IMG/VR virus record: IMGVR_UViG_3300024520_000442 | Coordinates: 1 to 25,901 of that record | DNA: 25,901 bases | DNA from: a virus | Taxonomy: Duplodnaviria; Caudoviricetes | Strand: one strand, 5' to 3' | Shown here: positions 24,793-25,901 of the stretch, in pieces | Layout: every line of letters begins with the position of its first letter | Numbering within the stretch: position 1 is the first letter of the stretch | Translations under genes and position numbers: made by a program | Notes under the pieces: model-generated | The model's database searches: none | Told to the model about the DNA's origin: nothing | Seen by the model: only the letters and a program-made list of their open reading frames with translations

Positions 24793-25895
24793 CACGCCGC
24801 CCCGTCGCAGCTCCCGTCCGGCGACACGTCGTTCAGCGTCACGTCCTTGCGGACCACGCGGTACTGCAGCCGCGGCGTCGGAATCGTAACGGCCAGCGTC
24901 GGCGGCATTTCGTTCGCCAGCGTCGCCATGGGAATCAGCAGTCGGCCAAGTCCATTCGTGCGGTCCGTCGCGCAATAGTAGGACCCCACCCACTTCTCCA
25001 GGAGCCGGCCCATCGCCGCCTTGCCGAAGTGGTCCACGCCCCGGAACACCTGGCCATAGAGCAACACTGCCGGTGCCGTCTCGCCCTCGCACAGATCCCA
25101 CAGGAGTTTGACGGCGCCTTCCTCGCCCCGCGCCACGACCATGTCGATGTACACGCTCTCGGGCACCACGACCATGTCCACCTGCATGCTCGCCACGATT
25201 GACCGGAGTTCTTCCAGGGCGCGTGCGGGATCCTCTTCCGGACCAAACGTCTGCCCCGTCAGGCCATGCACGCGGTGCATCGGGCAGGCGGCGCTTGCCA
25301 GACGCGGCATCACGTGCGCGTCGAACGCGGCCTGAGTCTTCGTCAAGATCAGGACAGTGCGGCGCGGCGCGACGGCCACCGGTTGCCCGGGATCCGTTTT
25401 CGGCAGGAGCCCGCCGCGGGCGATCAGCGTAACGAGGTCCATGCAGACCGTTGCCGCGTCCTCGAACTTTTGGGAAACCACCACGGTCACGCCGCCGGCT
25501 GGGATCCATCCGTCCCATAGCCAGCGCAACGGGTGCGGGTGCGGGAGCTCCGCCGTCGGCTCTGTCAAGGCCGACGTGGCCGGCGCGACAATCCCGCCCG
25601 GCGAGGCCGGCCCGGGCGGGCGAGCGTCTGCGGGCGCCGAGCAGCCCTCGGCCGCGGCCGCCACCACGGACCCCGGGCCGGCGTCGGCCGCGGTCGGCGC
25701 GGCGGGCACCTTGCCGAGCGGGAGCCGAGACGCCCGCCGCGGCGCTCTTCGGGCCACGTCCCGCGCGGTCCACGCGTTCACTAGCTCCAAGCTGGATGTC
25801 ATCGCCCGCTTGGCGACCTTGCCCGGGTCGTTCGTCTTGGCCATCAGCGACAGTTGCCCGAGCATCGATTGCAGTGCGAGCCTATCTTCCAGCAT
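24792..25895 (-). CDS. AAA_25/RepA-like RecA-fold protein with a degenerate P-loop
   Basis: LRWLWDGWIPAGGVTVVV...CMDLVTLIARGGLLP...VLILT...MPRL...VDMVVV follows the AAA_25 layout but lacks GxxGxGKS/T and the Walker B Asp. The start may be truncated or uncertain at the window edge. Confidence 0.6.
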   Translation of the reverse strand: MLEDRLALQSMLGQLSLMAKTNDPGKVAKRAMTSSLELVNAWTARDVARRAPRRASRLPLGKVPAAPTAADAGPGSVVAAAAEGCSAPADARPPGPASPGGIVAPATSALTEPTAELPHPHPLRWLWDGWIPAGGVTVVVSQKFEDAATVCMDLVTLIARGGLLPKTDPGQPVAVAPRRTVLILTKTQAAFDAHVMPRLASAACPMHRVHGLTGQTFGPEEDPARALEELRSIVASMQVDMVVVPESVYIDMVVARGEEGAVKLLWDLCEGETAPAVLLYGQVFRGVDHFGKAAMGRLLEKWVGSYYCATDRTNGLGRLLIPMATLANEMPPTLAVTIPTPRLQYRVVRKDVTLNDVSPDGSCDGAA

Positions 25896-25901
25896 TCGTT
25901 T

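Noticed and set aside
24334-25773. 479-aa version of the small terminase ORF
   Set aside because: The upstream ~330 codons are a low-complexity alternative frame overlapping the AAA-like gene; terminase similarity starts at ATG 24792.
1-25901. Gene transfer agent or contractile-tail/tailocin interpretation
   Set aside because: No sheath or baseplate wedge genes were seen, and the accessory genes and organisation fit a genuine siphophage rather than the RcGTA cluster. Prophage versus free phage cannot be decided from this window.

Overview
A GC-rich segment of a tailed dsDNA phage or prophage (HK97-type head, long non-contractile tail). All credible genes lie on the minus strand, many linked by TGATG/ATGA overlaps. 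In transcription order (right to left): a RecA/AAA_25-like protein with a degenerate P-loop, small and large terminase, portal with a C-terminal extension, prohead protease, a structured ~200-bp leader, major capsid protein, four extra putative head-decoration genes, head-tail joining genes, two tandem paralogous tail-tube-like genes, tail chaperones with a -1 frameshift site, tape measure protein, a non-canonical Cys-rich tail-tip module and a 1024-aa repeat-containing fibre. A UUCG-capped hairpin ends this block. A separate promoter covered by 10-bp direct repeats then precedes an accessory operon: an AlpA/Xis-like regulator, an MmcB-like PD-(D/E)XK nuclease, a CxxCxxCC (YkgJ-like) protein and three tandem paralogues of an unrecognised small protein. 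No integrase, lysis genes, tRNA or CRISPR array were recognised. Family calls come from motif recognition and gene order, not database searches.
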